A stretch of 64,000 bases of DNA from an uncultured Methanosarcinales archaeon (lineage in GTDB: Archaea; Nanobdellota; Nanobdellia; Woesearchaeales; DATGWN01). Below the pieces are notes generated by a model. That model was given only the letters and a program-made list of their open reading frames with translations, was not told the origin of the DNA and did not search any database. The position numbers were made by a program, and so were the translations under genes. The number at the start of each line of letters is the position of its first letter. Within the stretch, counting starts at the first letter, position 1. Of this stretch, positions 1-8,485 are shown in pieces. The DNA is taken from NCBI GenBank assembly GCA_964624275.1, contig CAZUXP010000001.1:1799-65798 (forward strand), given 5' to 3'.

Positions 1-378
1 ATTCGACTTGGTGCAAACGATGTTGTTGTTGGAATGGTAGTTGCAGACAATACGAAGACATTACTTTCAATTACTGAAAATGGATATGGAAAACGAACAC
101 AAATAGTTGATTATCGACTGACAAATCGAGGCGGGAAAGGAGTCATTAATATTCAATGCAGTGAGCGAAACGGAAATGTAGTATCTATTAAAGTTGTTGA
201 TGATGAAACAGGGTTACTCTTTATTTCAAAAAAAGGAATTACGATGCGTACTCGCGCAGATCAAATTTCAGTTATTGGGCGAAATACGCAAGGAGTTCGA
301 TTGATGCGTTTGAGCGAAGATGATTTTGTTGTTTCATGTGCAACAATTGTTATAACAGATGATGGTATAACAGAATGA
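1..378 (+). CDS. gyrA: DNA gyrase/topoisomerase IV subunit A, C-terminal fragment (5' end outside window)
   Basis: Frame 1 is open from position 1. GyrA C-terminal beta-pinwheel signature GYGKRT...YRLTNRGGKGV. Stop overlaps next gene start (ATGA). Confidence 0.6.
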   Translation: MRLGANDVVVGMVVADNTKTLLSITENGYGKRTQIVDYRLTNRGGKGVINIQCSERNGNVVSIKVVDDETGLLFISKKGITMRTRADQISVIGRNTQGVRLMRLSEDDFVVSCATIVITDDGITE

Positions 379-905
379 AATTTATCACAGGAAATAAAAA
401 CAAATTTTTTGAAATACGAAAATTAATTCCAAATGTTGAACAATTAGAATTAGATTTAGTTGAAATTCAAGAAAATGATGCTCAAAAAATAATTGAGTCT
501 AAACTTATTGAGGCAAAAAAATATTGTTCTGATAACTTTTTTATTGAAGATACTTCTCTTCATGTTGATTGTCTAAACGGTCTTCCAGGACCACTTATAA
601 AATGGTTTTTAGAAGCATTAACACAAGAGGGTTTATATGAATTGGTTGCAAAATATGACGATAATTCTGCAACTGCAAAAACCATCATTGGATTATGTTA
701 TAATGATGAGTTTTATTTTTTTGAAGGCGTGACGAAAGGTAATATTGTTTCTGCAAAAAAAACAGATTTTGGTTGGGATGGTATTTTTATGCCGAAAGGA
801 TCTACGCTTAGGTATAGTCAAATGACTGTTGATGAGAAAAATAAAATAAGTCATCGATATAAAGCAATACGAAAATTACAAGAGTTTTTGGCGTTACAGC
901 AGTAA
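375..905 (+). CDS. non-canonical purine NTP pyrophosphatase (Ham1/ITPase/RdgB family)
   Basis: N-terminal FITGNKNKFFE motif and overall Ham1 family pattern; 176 aa. Confidence 0.7.
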   Translation: MKFITGNKNKFFEIRKLIPNVEQLELDLVEIQENDAQKIIESKLIEAKKYCSDNFFIEDTSLHVDCLNGLPGPLIKWFLEALTQEGLYELVAKYDDNSATAKTIIGLCYNDEFYFFEGVTKGNIVSAKKTDFGWDGIFMPKGSTLRYSQMTVDEKNKISHRYKAIRKLQEFLALQQ

Positions 906-1847
906 TACTATACTCAATCCAATAACACAACCAAAAAATATCGGTGGCATTGCCGGATAAAATGTGTTTTTCTTACCGAATACAAATAACGCACTCATTG
1001 CAAGTGTTGCACAGATTGCAATTATGATTCCACCATAAATAAGTCCAGTAAATTTCATAACTGCGCCTGCAAATAATAGGGGAAATGCAATATCTCCTCC
1101 TCCTATAATAACATTTGATGTTGTCTCATATGGTTTGTGTGGTGCTGGATCAACAAGTTTTTTTGGACGTCCGCGTTTTCGTAACGGTATTGGTACATTT
1201 TTAGAGACTATTCTGTGTCCGATTTGGGATTTGACCCAAAGACCAGCCATCATTTTAGAATTCATTGATGATTGTGCCAAAGTTACCATGTGTTTTGAAA
1301 CAAATACCATATAAAAATCATATATTGCAATAAGTAATAACAATACGATCGCCGAATAAATATTAATGATGGGAACTAATATTGCGGCAAGTCCTCCGTA
1401 CATACAAACTTCGGTTATATTATGAACGTGTTGGTTTGAACGATAAATCTTCAAAAACCCGAGTATAATTGCTAATATAACTGTAGTTATAATTGCAATA
1501 GTTTGGGAAGGAATCAGTTTTTGTACAAACGGATAAAATGCAAATGAAAGTGTAAGTGCAACACTGAGTAAAAACCACGATCTCCATATAAATATACGTC
1601 CAAATTTGATGAGGATGAATATGAGTCCAGTAGCAATAAGTATGGCAACAAAAATCGGTATAAATGTGAATGTTTCATCATCAACAGTTGGTGGGGCGAT
1701 GATATATGAGTCGTTTTTTAAAGCTGTGTCACCAGTAATTGAAGTTTGTTCAAAATCAATATATTGTGTTAAAATGAGTATTCCAATGATTTGTGCTAAG
1801 AAAAATAAGAGAATGATTTTAGTAATAGTTGGCATTGAATGTTTCAT
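894..1847 (-). CDS. presenilin/signal-peptide-peptidase-like intramembrane aspartyl protease (A22 family)
   Basis: Polytopic membrane protein with YD motif (AIYDFY), GxGD motif (IGGGDIAFP) and PAL-like motif (YPAMPP) in the canonical order. Confidence 0.65.
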   Translation of the reverse strand: MKHSMPTITKIILLFFLAQIIGILILTQYIDFEQTSITGDTALKNDSYIIAPPTVDDETFTFIPIFVAILIATGLIFILIKFGRIFIWRSWFLLSVALTLSFAFYPFVQKLIPSQTIAIITTVILAIILGFLKIYRSNQHVHNITEVCMYGGLAAILVPIINIYSAIVLLLLIAIYDFYMVFVSKHMVTLAQSSMNSKMMAGLWVKSQIGHRIVSKNVPIPLRKRGRPKKLVDPAPHKPYETTSNVIIGGGDIAFPLLFAGAVMKFTGLIYGGIIIAICATLAMSALFVFGKKNTFYPAMPPIFFGCVIGLSIVLLL

Positions 1848-1950
1848 AAGTGATTAAATACATTTTAGCTTTTTAAATACTTGGGTTTTTTGATGTAAAT
1901 AGTTTAATTGAATTAGAAAATTTTTTAAAGACAGTTACATATAAAATTGT

Positions 1951-2136
1951 ATGGCTTTTAGACCAATGTCAGATTCGTTATTTCTTACCGCAATTATAGG
2001 GTTGTTAGTAGTAGGTATATCAACGATGTATGGAAGAATACCATTATCTTGGGGATTTACGCTTATTTTATTAGCTTTTATTTTTATTATCGCTTCTTTT
2101 GTTTCAATAACACCCCAAGAAAAAGAGTTAAACTAG
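1951..2136 (+). CDS. small membrane protein, hypothetical
   Basis: 61 aa with two hydrophobic helices; abuts the next ORF. Confidence 0.35.
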   Translation: MAFRPMSDSLFLTAIIGLLVVGISTMYGRIPLSWGFTLILLAFIFIIASFVSITPQEKELN

Positions 2137-2442
2137 GTGAAAAATATGAATACAATAAAAACAGTTGGAATACAGGATTTGCCGCAAAATTTTAAAGAAC
2201 GAATAAATCAACGCATTGATCATTATTCGGTAGTTTTTCAAACAAAAATTGGTTCATTTGACGAATTAAGTGTCTCAAATAAAATTATTCATAAAAAAGA
2301 CGAGGATGGCAACCCAATTTATGAAATTAATGTGAATTTAATTAGTGGTTCAATTGTGCATCATGCGCATGCAGAAGAATATGATCCGGTTGATGCGGTA
2401 AATATTGCATTAGAAACTGTTGCACAAACAATAAGTAAATAG
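2137..2442 (+). CDS. ribosome hibernation/ribosome-associated inhibitor-like protein (RaiA/HPF/YfiA family)
   Basis: 101 aa. C-terminal pattern ...ISGSIVHHAHAEEYDPVDAVNIALETVAQTISK resembles the HPF core (..A.A.H.D.Y.AID.A.D.L.RQL.K). Confidence 0.45.
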   Translation: MKNMNTIKTVGIQDLPQNFKERINQRIDHYSVVFQTKIGSFDELSVSNKIIHKKDEDGNPIYEINVNLISGSIVHHAHAEEYDPVDAVNIALETVAQTISK

Positions 2443-2444
2443 GT

Positions 2445-2711
2445 TTATGTAATTGTTATAAGCTCGTCACCGCCACCATGATAAAAGTAGAGTTTGATTG
2501 GTTTTTGATGTGTTGGCGCGAGTAATTTTTTTATTTTGTGTAGTTGTTTTCTTGCTTTAATCATTCGAAAACTACATTTAACTTCATATATGTCAATTGT
2601 ATTAGGTCGTTCTATGAGTAAATCTATTTCTGCAACAAGACGATTTTTAGACGAATAAATCAAGATGTTTCGCTGTATTTGAGATGTATTTGTGTTGAGT
2701 CTTTGCACCAA
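2445..2711 (-). CDS. small PD-(D/E)XK nuclease-like protein (YraN/UPF0102-like), hypothetical
   Basis: Core motif EIDLLI...IYEVKC matches the (E)ID...E-x-K restriction-endonuclease-like signature; 88 aa. Confidence 0.35.
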   Translation of the reverse strand: MVQRLNTNTSQIQRNILIYSSKNRLVAEIDLLIERPNTIDIYEVKCSFRMIKARKQLHKIKKLLAPTHQKPIKLYFYHGGGDELITIT

Positions 2712-2867
2712 TGACTCTATGTGTTGGTCGTGTTTGAGGATTCTGGCTACCTCTGTGGCAAAAAACTAATAGTATGTTATTGGTACTTATGGTATATAAA
2801 CATTTATATGGTAGAATACTAAAATACTTACGATTGGATAAAAATAAAAAAGAACAGAAAAAGGTGA

Positions 2868-3344
2868 TTACTCTTTCTGTGATGTTGCAGTTTTTTTCGT
2901 TGCTTTTTTTGTAGAAGTCTTTTTTGTTGCTGTCTTTTTCACAGTAGATTCTTCGGTTTTTGCATATTCAGCTTTTGCTGTAACTGCTTGCTTTTCTTCA
3001 ACAACTTCTGCTGGTTTGGCATCTTCTTTTTTAATTGGTTTATTTCCAATCTTTGCAACTTTTGATTCTGTTTCTGCTTTTGGAGCTTCTTCGCCGAATA
3101 ATCGAATTGATACGACACCTTTGTCATCTTTAACTGCGTTAATTTTTACGCGTAAGATTGGATTAGTCATACCATTTTGCCAAATATGTTCGTTAAGTTT
3201 TTCACTTAATGAAAATTCAGTACATTTCATATGTTTTTTGACAAAATCTCCTAAAACGCGAATGGCTTTTTTTGCTCGTCTGTTTCGAGGCGCTCGTAAT
3301 GTCCCTTGTCGAAGCGAAACTGTATAAATTCTTTCAATAGTCAT
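2868..3344 (-). CDS. rpl31e: 50S ribosomal protein L31e with lysine-rich C-terminal extension
   Basis: N-terminal ERIYTVSLRQGTLRAPRNRRAKKAIRVL is typical of L31e. Followed by a KTATKK low-complexity tail. Confidence 0.75.
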   Translation of the reverse strand: MTIERIYTVSLRQGTLRAPRNRRAKKAIRVLGDFVKKHMKCTEFSLSEKLNEHIWQNGMTNPILRVKINAVKDDKGVVSIRLFGEEAPKAETESKVAKIGNKPIKKEDAKPAEVVEEKQAVTAKAEYAKTEESTVKKTATKKTSTKKATKKTATSQKE

Positions 3345-3354
3345 GATATGTCAC

Positions 3355-3528
3355 CTAAATTTTTGTTTTTGTACGTCTCCAGTTTCGTTTAATGGTTGTA
3401 TGTCGTCCAGGATGTACTCGTCGACCTTTTCCATAAATTTTTAATACAGTCCAAAATGGAGCCCATCTCGTCATTTTACCCAATTTTATTAATCGGATTT
3501 TTTTACTGTGATGTTTATTTGTTGCCAT
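3355..3528 (-). CDS. rpl39e: 50S ribosomal protein L39e (57 aa; not in supplied ORF track)
   Basis: Manual translation of the minus strand gives MATNKHHSKKIRLIKLGKMTRWAPFWTVLKIYGKGRRVHPGRHTTIKRNWRRTKTKI. This matches the L39e consensus (MARNKPLGKKLRLAKA..NRRVP.WV..KT.R.V...KRRHWRRTKLK). It sits in the conserved position next to rpl31e. Confidence 0.7.
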   Translation of the reverse strand: MATNKHHSKKIRLIKLGKMTRWAPFWTVLKIYGKGRRVHPGRHTTIKRNWRRTKTKI

Positions 3529-3961
3529 CTTCTTGTACCTTTGGGACTTTTCCTGCTGATAAGTCTAAGAGTTTTTGGCCTTGCGGAGTAATTGTTCGTC
3601 CTTTTCGATTTCCAATCATACTTTGTTTGATAAGACCTGCTGCTTCAAGTTGCTGTAATGATTTACGTGCAACGCTTCCAGATCCAAGTTGAAATCGTGA
3701 TTTTTTATAGCCACGTCGTTGTTTTCCACCATATTTAATTCTGAGCTTATTTGTTCCTACTGGTCCAATTTCTGCAATAGTACGTAAAATTGCAGCACAA
3801 CGGATAAACCACCAATCGGGGTTAGCTGGTTGGCGCTCTTTATGAATTCCTGTTTTTGCAAATGCAGTCCAAACAGGCGGTGTTATTTTTTCGTTTTGTT
3901 TGAGTTCCTTACTTACTTCCTCTATTAAAGGTGTAGGCGGAACATCTCTATATGTTACCAT
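3515..3961 (-). CDS. rps19e: 30S ribosomal protein S19e
   Basis: VYRDVPPTPLIEEVSKEL...PPVWTAFAKTGIHKERQP...WWFIRCAAILR matches the S19e family. Confidence 0.75.
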   Translation of the reverse strand: MVTYRDVPPTPLIEEVSKELKQNEKITPPVWTAFAKTGIHKERQPANPDWWFIRCAAILRTIAEIGPVGTNKLRIKYGGKQRRGYKKSRFQLGSGSVARKSLQQLEAAGLIKQSMIGNRKGRTITPQGQKLLDLSAGKVPKVQEDGNK

Positions 3962-4133
3962 TTGTGTTTTCCCTCCATTCTTTTGTGCTTTCGCACGGGT
4001 TGGGCTTAGTTATAAGCCAGAGTACAATGAAGAAAACGTGTTTTATTTATAAATGTGATGGATTAGTTGGCTGTACGACCAATAACTGCTAAAAACACTA
4101 ATTTTAAATATAAATACGTATTTACATATTTTT

Positions 4134-4370
4134 ATGGTTTCGATAACAATTGGTGTGGATGAACAAACAAGAAAACGTATGAAACGATTTCCCGAGATGA
4201 ATTGGTCTGGTTTTATTCGCAAAACAATTCAAGAAAAAACAAAAGAATTGACGTTAAAAGAAGAATTACTTGCAAAATTACAGAAAGATTCATTTACAGA
4301 AGATATCAAAACGGGGAGGGATGTAAACACGTCTGTTGCGCAAAGATTGAAAAAGGAGAAATTATTGTGA
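4134..4370 (+). CDS. ribbon-helix-helix (CopG/VapB-like) antitoxin
   Basis: N-terminal beta-strand ITIGVDEQTRKRMKRF then helices. Stop overlaps the GTG start of the downstream PIN gene (TTGTGA). Confidence 0.5.
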   Translation: MVSITIGVDEQTRKRMKRFPEMNWSGFIRKTIQEKTKELTLKEELLAKLQKDSFTEDIKTGRDVNTSVAQRLKKEKLL

Positions 4371-4765
4371 AAATAATTGCGGATGCAAATATTCTGTTTT
4401 CTCTTGTAAAAAAAGGGAGTGCGACTGAAATTCTGGTGAAAAACCAAGGATTAAAACTCATTTCAGTTGATTTTGTCTTAGAAGAATTAGAAAATCACAC
4501 AGAAGTTCTTTTAAAAAAAAGCGGTTTTCAGTCTTTTAATGAAGTACAGACTTTCTTACAGAAACATGTTGTTTTTGTGAAAGCATCGGCTTTGAAAAAA
4601 GAATTACGCGAAGTTGCAAATCTTGTTTCAGATGAAACTGATTTGATTTATTTTGCACTTGCAAAAAAATATAATTTTGTTATATGGTCTAATGATAAAC
4701 ATTTCAAAGAACAAGACGTATTTGAGGTTTTGACTACAAAAGAGTTGATTGAAGTTTTATTATAG
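4367..4765 (+). CDS. PIN-domain nuclease (VapC-like toxin)
   Basis: Probable GTG start at 4367 (VKIIADANILFS). Conserved acidic positions of the PIN fold (D in IADAN, E in LEELENH, D in SNDKHF). The ORF track's longer 4202 start is in-frame but overlaps the antitoxin. Confidence 0.55.
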   Translation: MKIIADANILFSLVKKGSATEILVKNQGLKLISVDFVLEELENHTEVLLKKSGFQSFNEVQTFLQKHVVFVKASALKKELREVANLVSDETDLIYFALAKKYNFVIWSNDKHFKEQDVFEVLTTKELIEVLL

Positions 4766-4779
4766 GTTAAATTTATCAT

Positions 4780-5172
4780 TTATTTCAATCGCCATTCAAA
4801 CCATTCCACACGTTTATCTAAGATTGCGTCTTTAAGGTGTTTTTCTTGTGAAGATAGCGATGATTTTCCTGTTTTTACTTCAACAAATACAACCTTTTGG
4901 ATGTGTTTTTCATCCAAGCCTTCAAACACTAAAAAATCAAATGGTTTACCAATAAATCGACATTCAGATGATTTAAATGGAAAGTCTGGAAAATAAGGGG
5001 CAAGTTGTTCGCTTATTTGTCCGCCAATGATTGAACGTGAACTTTTGAGTCGTTTTGGTAAAATTTTCTTTTCCCATTTTTTATTTTGCTGATATATTCC
5101 AACAAGTTTTCCCACACTGTATGCGATGATACCAATAATAATTATTCCAACAATTATAGTTATGATTTCCAT
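4780..5172 (-). CDS. membrane-anchored PD-(D/E)XK nuclease (NERD/Hjc-like)
   Basis: N-terminal TM helix, then G...E...PFDFLVFEG...VVFVEVKTGK, i.e. the D...E-x-K nuclease core as in Hjc/NERD domains. Confidence 0.45.
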   Translation of the reverse strand: MEIITIIVGIIIIGIIAYSVGKLVGIYQQNKKWEKKILPKRLKSSRSIIGGQISEQLAPYFPDFPFKSSECRFIGKPFDFLVFEGLDEKHIQKVVFVEVKTGKSSLSSQEKHLKDAILDKRVEWFEWRLK

Positions 5173-5207
5173 AAGTATGCGGATATACCATCAAATATTT
5201 AAAGTAT

Positions 5208-6179
5208 GTGTACTTGCATAAATATATGCTTCAAATACCGTATGAAAAATTACTTGAAATAATTCAAGAAAAGTCCGATTTATCAAAAGATGAAATAACT
5301 AAACGAGTTTCACAAAAATTAGATGAATTTTCTGGTTTAATATCTCAAGAAGGTGCGCTTCATGTTGTAGCACATGATTTGGGTGTTTCATTAGTTAATC
5401 AAATAAATGAACCGTTTAAAATCGATCAAATAAGCGAAAATACGAGAGGAATTAATCTTAAAGCAAAAATTATCAAAAAATATCATATTTCAACTTTTCA
5501 ACGAGAGGGATCTGAAGGAAAAGTTGGTTCAATTTTAGTTGGAGATGATACTGGTGTCATGCGAATTACATTTTGGCATGACCAAACTACAATTTTAGAT
5601 GAACTTGAAGAAAACTCCGTGTATCAATTTGAAGGGTTAACATCAAAAGAAAATCAAGGTCGAGTCGAGTTGACGTATTCACAATCTTGCAATCATACCA
5701 AACTTGATGAAGAATTAGAAGTTGTGCAAAAACAACCTCAAACACAAAATGCTTCAAAAAAGAAAATTGCAGAAGTCAAAGAATCAGATTTTGCACGTTT
5801 TGTCGGAGTTATTGTACAAGTACTAAAACCAACAATTTATATTGTTGATTTACAAACACAGAAACGTGTTCGAATTCAATTCTCTGAATTTGATGAAACA
5901 AAACATCGTTTTGCGGCTGTTTGTAATATTTTACTCGATGATGGAACTGAAGTTATTCGATGTGCCTGTTTTGATGATGTTTGTGAAGCAGTATTTCAAA
6001 CTAAAGTACCAGAGTTAGCAGAACACAGAGATAATGAAACATTCTTTGAAGAAAAAAAGGTTGACATTGTTGGATCAATTGTTGAGCTTCAAGGTCGTAT
6101 CACCAAAAACGATTTATATGATCGGTTAGAATGTATTGCATCTACTGTTACATTAAATCCTGATCCGAATTCTTTGTGA
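5208..6179 (+). CDS. rpa: replication protein A (RPA) ssDNA-binding protein with OB folds
   Basis: Euryarchaeal-type RPA N-terminus (...GLISQEGALHVVAHDLGV) and OB-fold signature SILVGDDTGVMRITFWHDQT. A second OB region lies downstream. Confidence 0.7.
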   Translation: MYLHKYMLQIPYEKLLEIIQEKSDLSKDEITKRVSQKLDEFSGLISQEGALHVVAHDLGVSLVNQINEPFKIDQISENTRGINLKAKIIKKYHISTFQREGSEGKVGSILVGDDTGVMRITFWHDQTTILDELEENSVYQFEGLTSKENQGRVELTYSQSCNHTKLDEELEVVQKQPQTQNASKKKIAEVKESDFARFVGVIVQVLKPTIYIVDLQTQKRVRIQFSEFDETKHRFAAVCNILLDDGTEVIRCACFDDVCEAVFQTKVPELAEHRDNETFFEEKKVDIVGSIVELQGRITKNDLYDRLECIASTVTLNPDPNSL

Positions 6180-6244
6180 TTTCACAATATTTTATTTTCA
6201 CAATCAACTAAACGCTTATAAATTCAAACGATTTATTCATATTA

Positions 6245-6955
6245 ATGACACTTGGCAGAGAAAAGTTTAAAGTATACGGAGATGTATTTGATGCATTTAC
6301 AATTCAAACACTCCATAAATTAGAATCACAAGGGCATATTAGTGAATTAGAGAGTTCTTTGTCTATGGGTAAAGAAGCGCACATTTTTTTAGCAAGACGA
6401 AAAGACGGTATGAAAGTTATTGTTAAGATATATCGTTTACAAAACGCATTTTTTAATAAAATGTATTCGTATATTCGAACTGATCCAAGATATGCTCATT
6501 TAAAAGGAAGAAAACGACAAATTATTTTTCATTGGGTTAGTCGTGAGTTTCGAAACTTGCTTAAAGCTCGTGAAGCAGGTGCTCGAGTTCCAACGCCATA
6601 TACATCACTTCATAATGTCATTGTAATGGAATATATCGGCGATGAAAAAATCGCGTTACAACTTAAAGATTCTCATATTGATGATTTTGAAAGTTTTTTT
6701 GATGATTTAGTAAATCAGTTGCATATTCTTTATAAAAAGGCAAAACTTGTTCATGGTGATTTATCGCAATTTAACATTTTATGTTTAAACCAAAAACCAG
6801 TTTTAATTGATATGAGCCAAACAACGCAAATTGATGACCCAAATGCGCATGAGTATTTTAAACGTGATATGAGTAATTTATTGACTATCGCAAAACGTTT
6901 TGGTCTTGAAAAGACGTTTGAAGACTTAGAAGATAGTATTACAACGTCTGAGTGA
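6245..6955 (+). CDS. rio1: RIO-type serine/threonine protein kinase
   Basis: RIO family signatures: ...SMGKEAHIF...VKIYR..., catalytic LVHGDLSQFNIL, metal-binding IDMSQT. Confidence 0.7.
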   Translation: MTLGREKFKVYGDVFDAFTIQTLHKLESQGHISELESSLSMGKEAHIFLARRKDGMKVIVKIYRLQNAFFNKMYSYIRTDPRYAHLKGRKRQIIFHWVSREFRNLLKAREAGARVPTPYTSLHNVIVMEYIGDEKIALQLKDSHIDDFESFFDDLVNQLHILYKKAKLVHGDLSQFNILCLNQKPVLIDMSQTTQIDDPNAHEYFKRDMSNLLTIAKRFGLEKTFEDLEDSITTSE

Positions 6956-6984
6956 AATGTTTTGAGAATAATTTTTGACAAAAA

Positions 6985-6998
6985 GATTTATATATACA
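6985..6998 (+). promoter_or_regulatory. putative archaeal TATA box/BRE upstream of pilin-like gene
   Basis: tttatatatacat preceded by A-rich BRE-like sequence, about 60 nt upstream of the 7059 start; AT-rich genome lowers specificity. Confidence 0.25.
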
Positions 6999-7058
6999 TA
7001 AAGGGCAGAAGTTACTTTGTGATACACAAACATTCAAACTTCTTTTCATTCGAGGTGT

Positions 7059-8408
7059 GTGAATATGCACACTAAAAAAGCACAAACAGCAACCGAATAT
7101 TTAGTTATTACTGCTGTTGTTATTATTATCGCTTTAATTGTTGTTGGTGTTTTAGGAGGTATTCCTGGTCTTGGTGGTAATATTTCTGAGCAAGAAATTC
7201 GTTTAAAACTCCAAATTCAAGACATTGGAGTGACTGATTATGTTTCTGATTCTTTGAATACTCGGTTATGGCTGACGAATAATAAACAACAAAATGTTCG
7301 AATTGAAGGTATAACTGTAAATGGCAAGAAATGTTCAATTCGCTCGGTAATATTACGAGCTGGTCAAAACCAGCAAGTTGATTGCTGGGGTGTGAAGAAT
7401 TATGACACTTCTGAGTTTAGATTTCCAATAACTATAACGTATTCAGATGTTCAAACTGGTGTATCGTTTACGATAAATGATACTTCAGTTCCACTGGTTG
7501 GAACTGGTCTGGGTGGTACTCGGTTACATACTGGTCAGCAGACTTGTTATGTTGATAATTCAGATACAGAGCAAGATTGTTCAAATGCTGCTGCAGAAGG
7601 TCAAGATGGAAATGTTGATGGAGTTGCGAAATCCTATTCTGATCAAGGAGATAATGTTTTATTAGATGATCATACTGGATTATATTGGACAACAAATGAG
7701 TCTACAAGTATCACTAGAGTTTCTGCTATTTCATATTGTGATGGACTGACACAAGGAGGACATTCTGATTGGAGATTACCTAATAATTTAGAACTTAATA
7801 TTGTGTTGAATAATGATGATGCAACAAATCTTACGCCATCACAATCTTGGGCAACTGGAGATTATTGGTCGACAACAACACAAAGTGTTGGTGCTACCAC
7901 GTATTATTGGAGATTGGTATTACAACCTGGAGTTTTTTATTTTTCACGAGAAAGTTCAGACTCTGCTCAAAACGCAGTTTGCGTAAGAGGAGAAGTCTCA
8001 AGTATTTCATTATCTGACATAGATAAGAATTTTGTGGAGAATGGAGATGGCACAGTTACTGATAGTAACATGGGTATTATTTGGGAAAAAGAATTAAGCA
8101 ATACTAGTACATTAGATTGGCAACAAGCAATTGATCATTGTGAAGCCTTAACAAAAGCAGGATTTTCAGATTGGAGATTACCAACTGTTAATGAAGGATC
8201 AGGGTTAATTGATTATGGTTCAGATAATGCGAGTAATTATTATCCGGATGTGTTTAATTCACCGGGATACTACGATTTATGGACAGGAACTTCTGTATTA
8301 GTTATTGATTATGCTTATACTGTACTTTTAGATGAAGGGCGAGTTAATGTCGATGATAAGAGCTTGTCTCATAACAATCATGCTCGTTGCGTACGTGACC
8401 ACAACTAA
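7059..8408 (+). CDS. type IV pilin-like (class III signal peptide) secreted protein with two DUF1566/Lcl C-terminal (C-type-lectin-fold) domains
   Basis: N-terminus MHTKKA|QTATEYLVITAVVIIIALIVVGVL is an archaeal prepilin-type signal. Two repeats of GL(Y/I)W...W..A...C..LT..G.SDWRLP(T/N)..EL, the second ending ...ARCVRDHN, as in DUF1566. Confidence 0.6.
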   Translation: MNMHTKKAQTATEYLVITAVVIIIALIVVGVLGGIPGLGGNISEQEIRLKLQIQDIGVTDYVSDSLNTRLWLTNNKQQNVRIEGITVNGKKCSIRSVILRAGQNQQVDCWGVKNYDTSEFRFPITITYSDVQTGVSFTINDTSVPLVGTGLGGTRLHTGQQTCYVDNSDTEQDCSNAAAEGQDGNVDGVAKSYSDQGDNVLLDDHTGLYWTTNESTSITRVSAISYCDGLTQGGHSDWRLPNNLELNIVLNNDDATNLTPSQSWATGDYWSTTTQSVGATTYYWRLVLQPGVFYFSRESSDSAQNAVCVRGEVSSISLSDIDKNFVENGDGTVTDSNMGIIWEKELSNTSTLDWQQAIDHCEALTKAGFSDWRLPTVNEGSGLIDYGSDNASNYYPDVFNSPGYYDLWTGTSVLVIDYAYTVLLDEGRVNVDDKSLSHNNHARCVRDHN

Positions 8409-8485
8409 TTGAAATAATTTTTATTTTATCTCACTAGACAACCACTCAAAAAGAATTTATAAATAATTGTAACTTACCTATTATT

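Noticed and set aside
3016-3692. Plus-strand ORFs 3016..3327 and 3396..3692 and many other short ORFs antisense to annotated genes. Examples: 1606..1857, 7126..7338, 10170..10415, 16620..16829, 31787..32159, 39168..39735, 41183..43843 (a series), 48254..48550, 50531..51013, 51319..52235, 53351..53904, 54619..54960.
   Set aside because: They lie entirely within and antisense to (or out of frame with) well-supported conserved genes (L31e, S19e, metG, RadA, r-proteins, the giant repeat protein). Their low-complexity composition is typical of spurious frames in AT-rich DNA.
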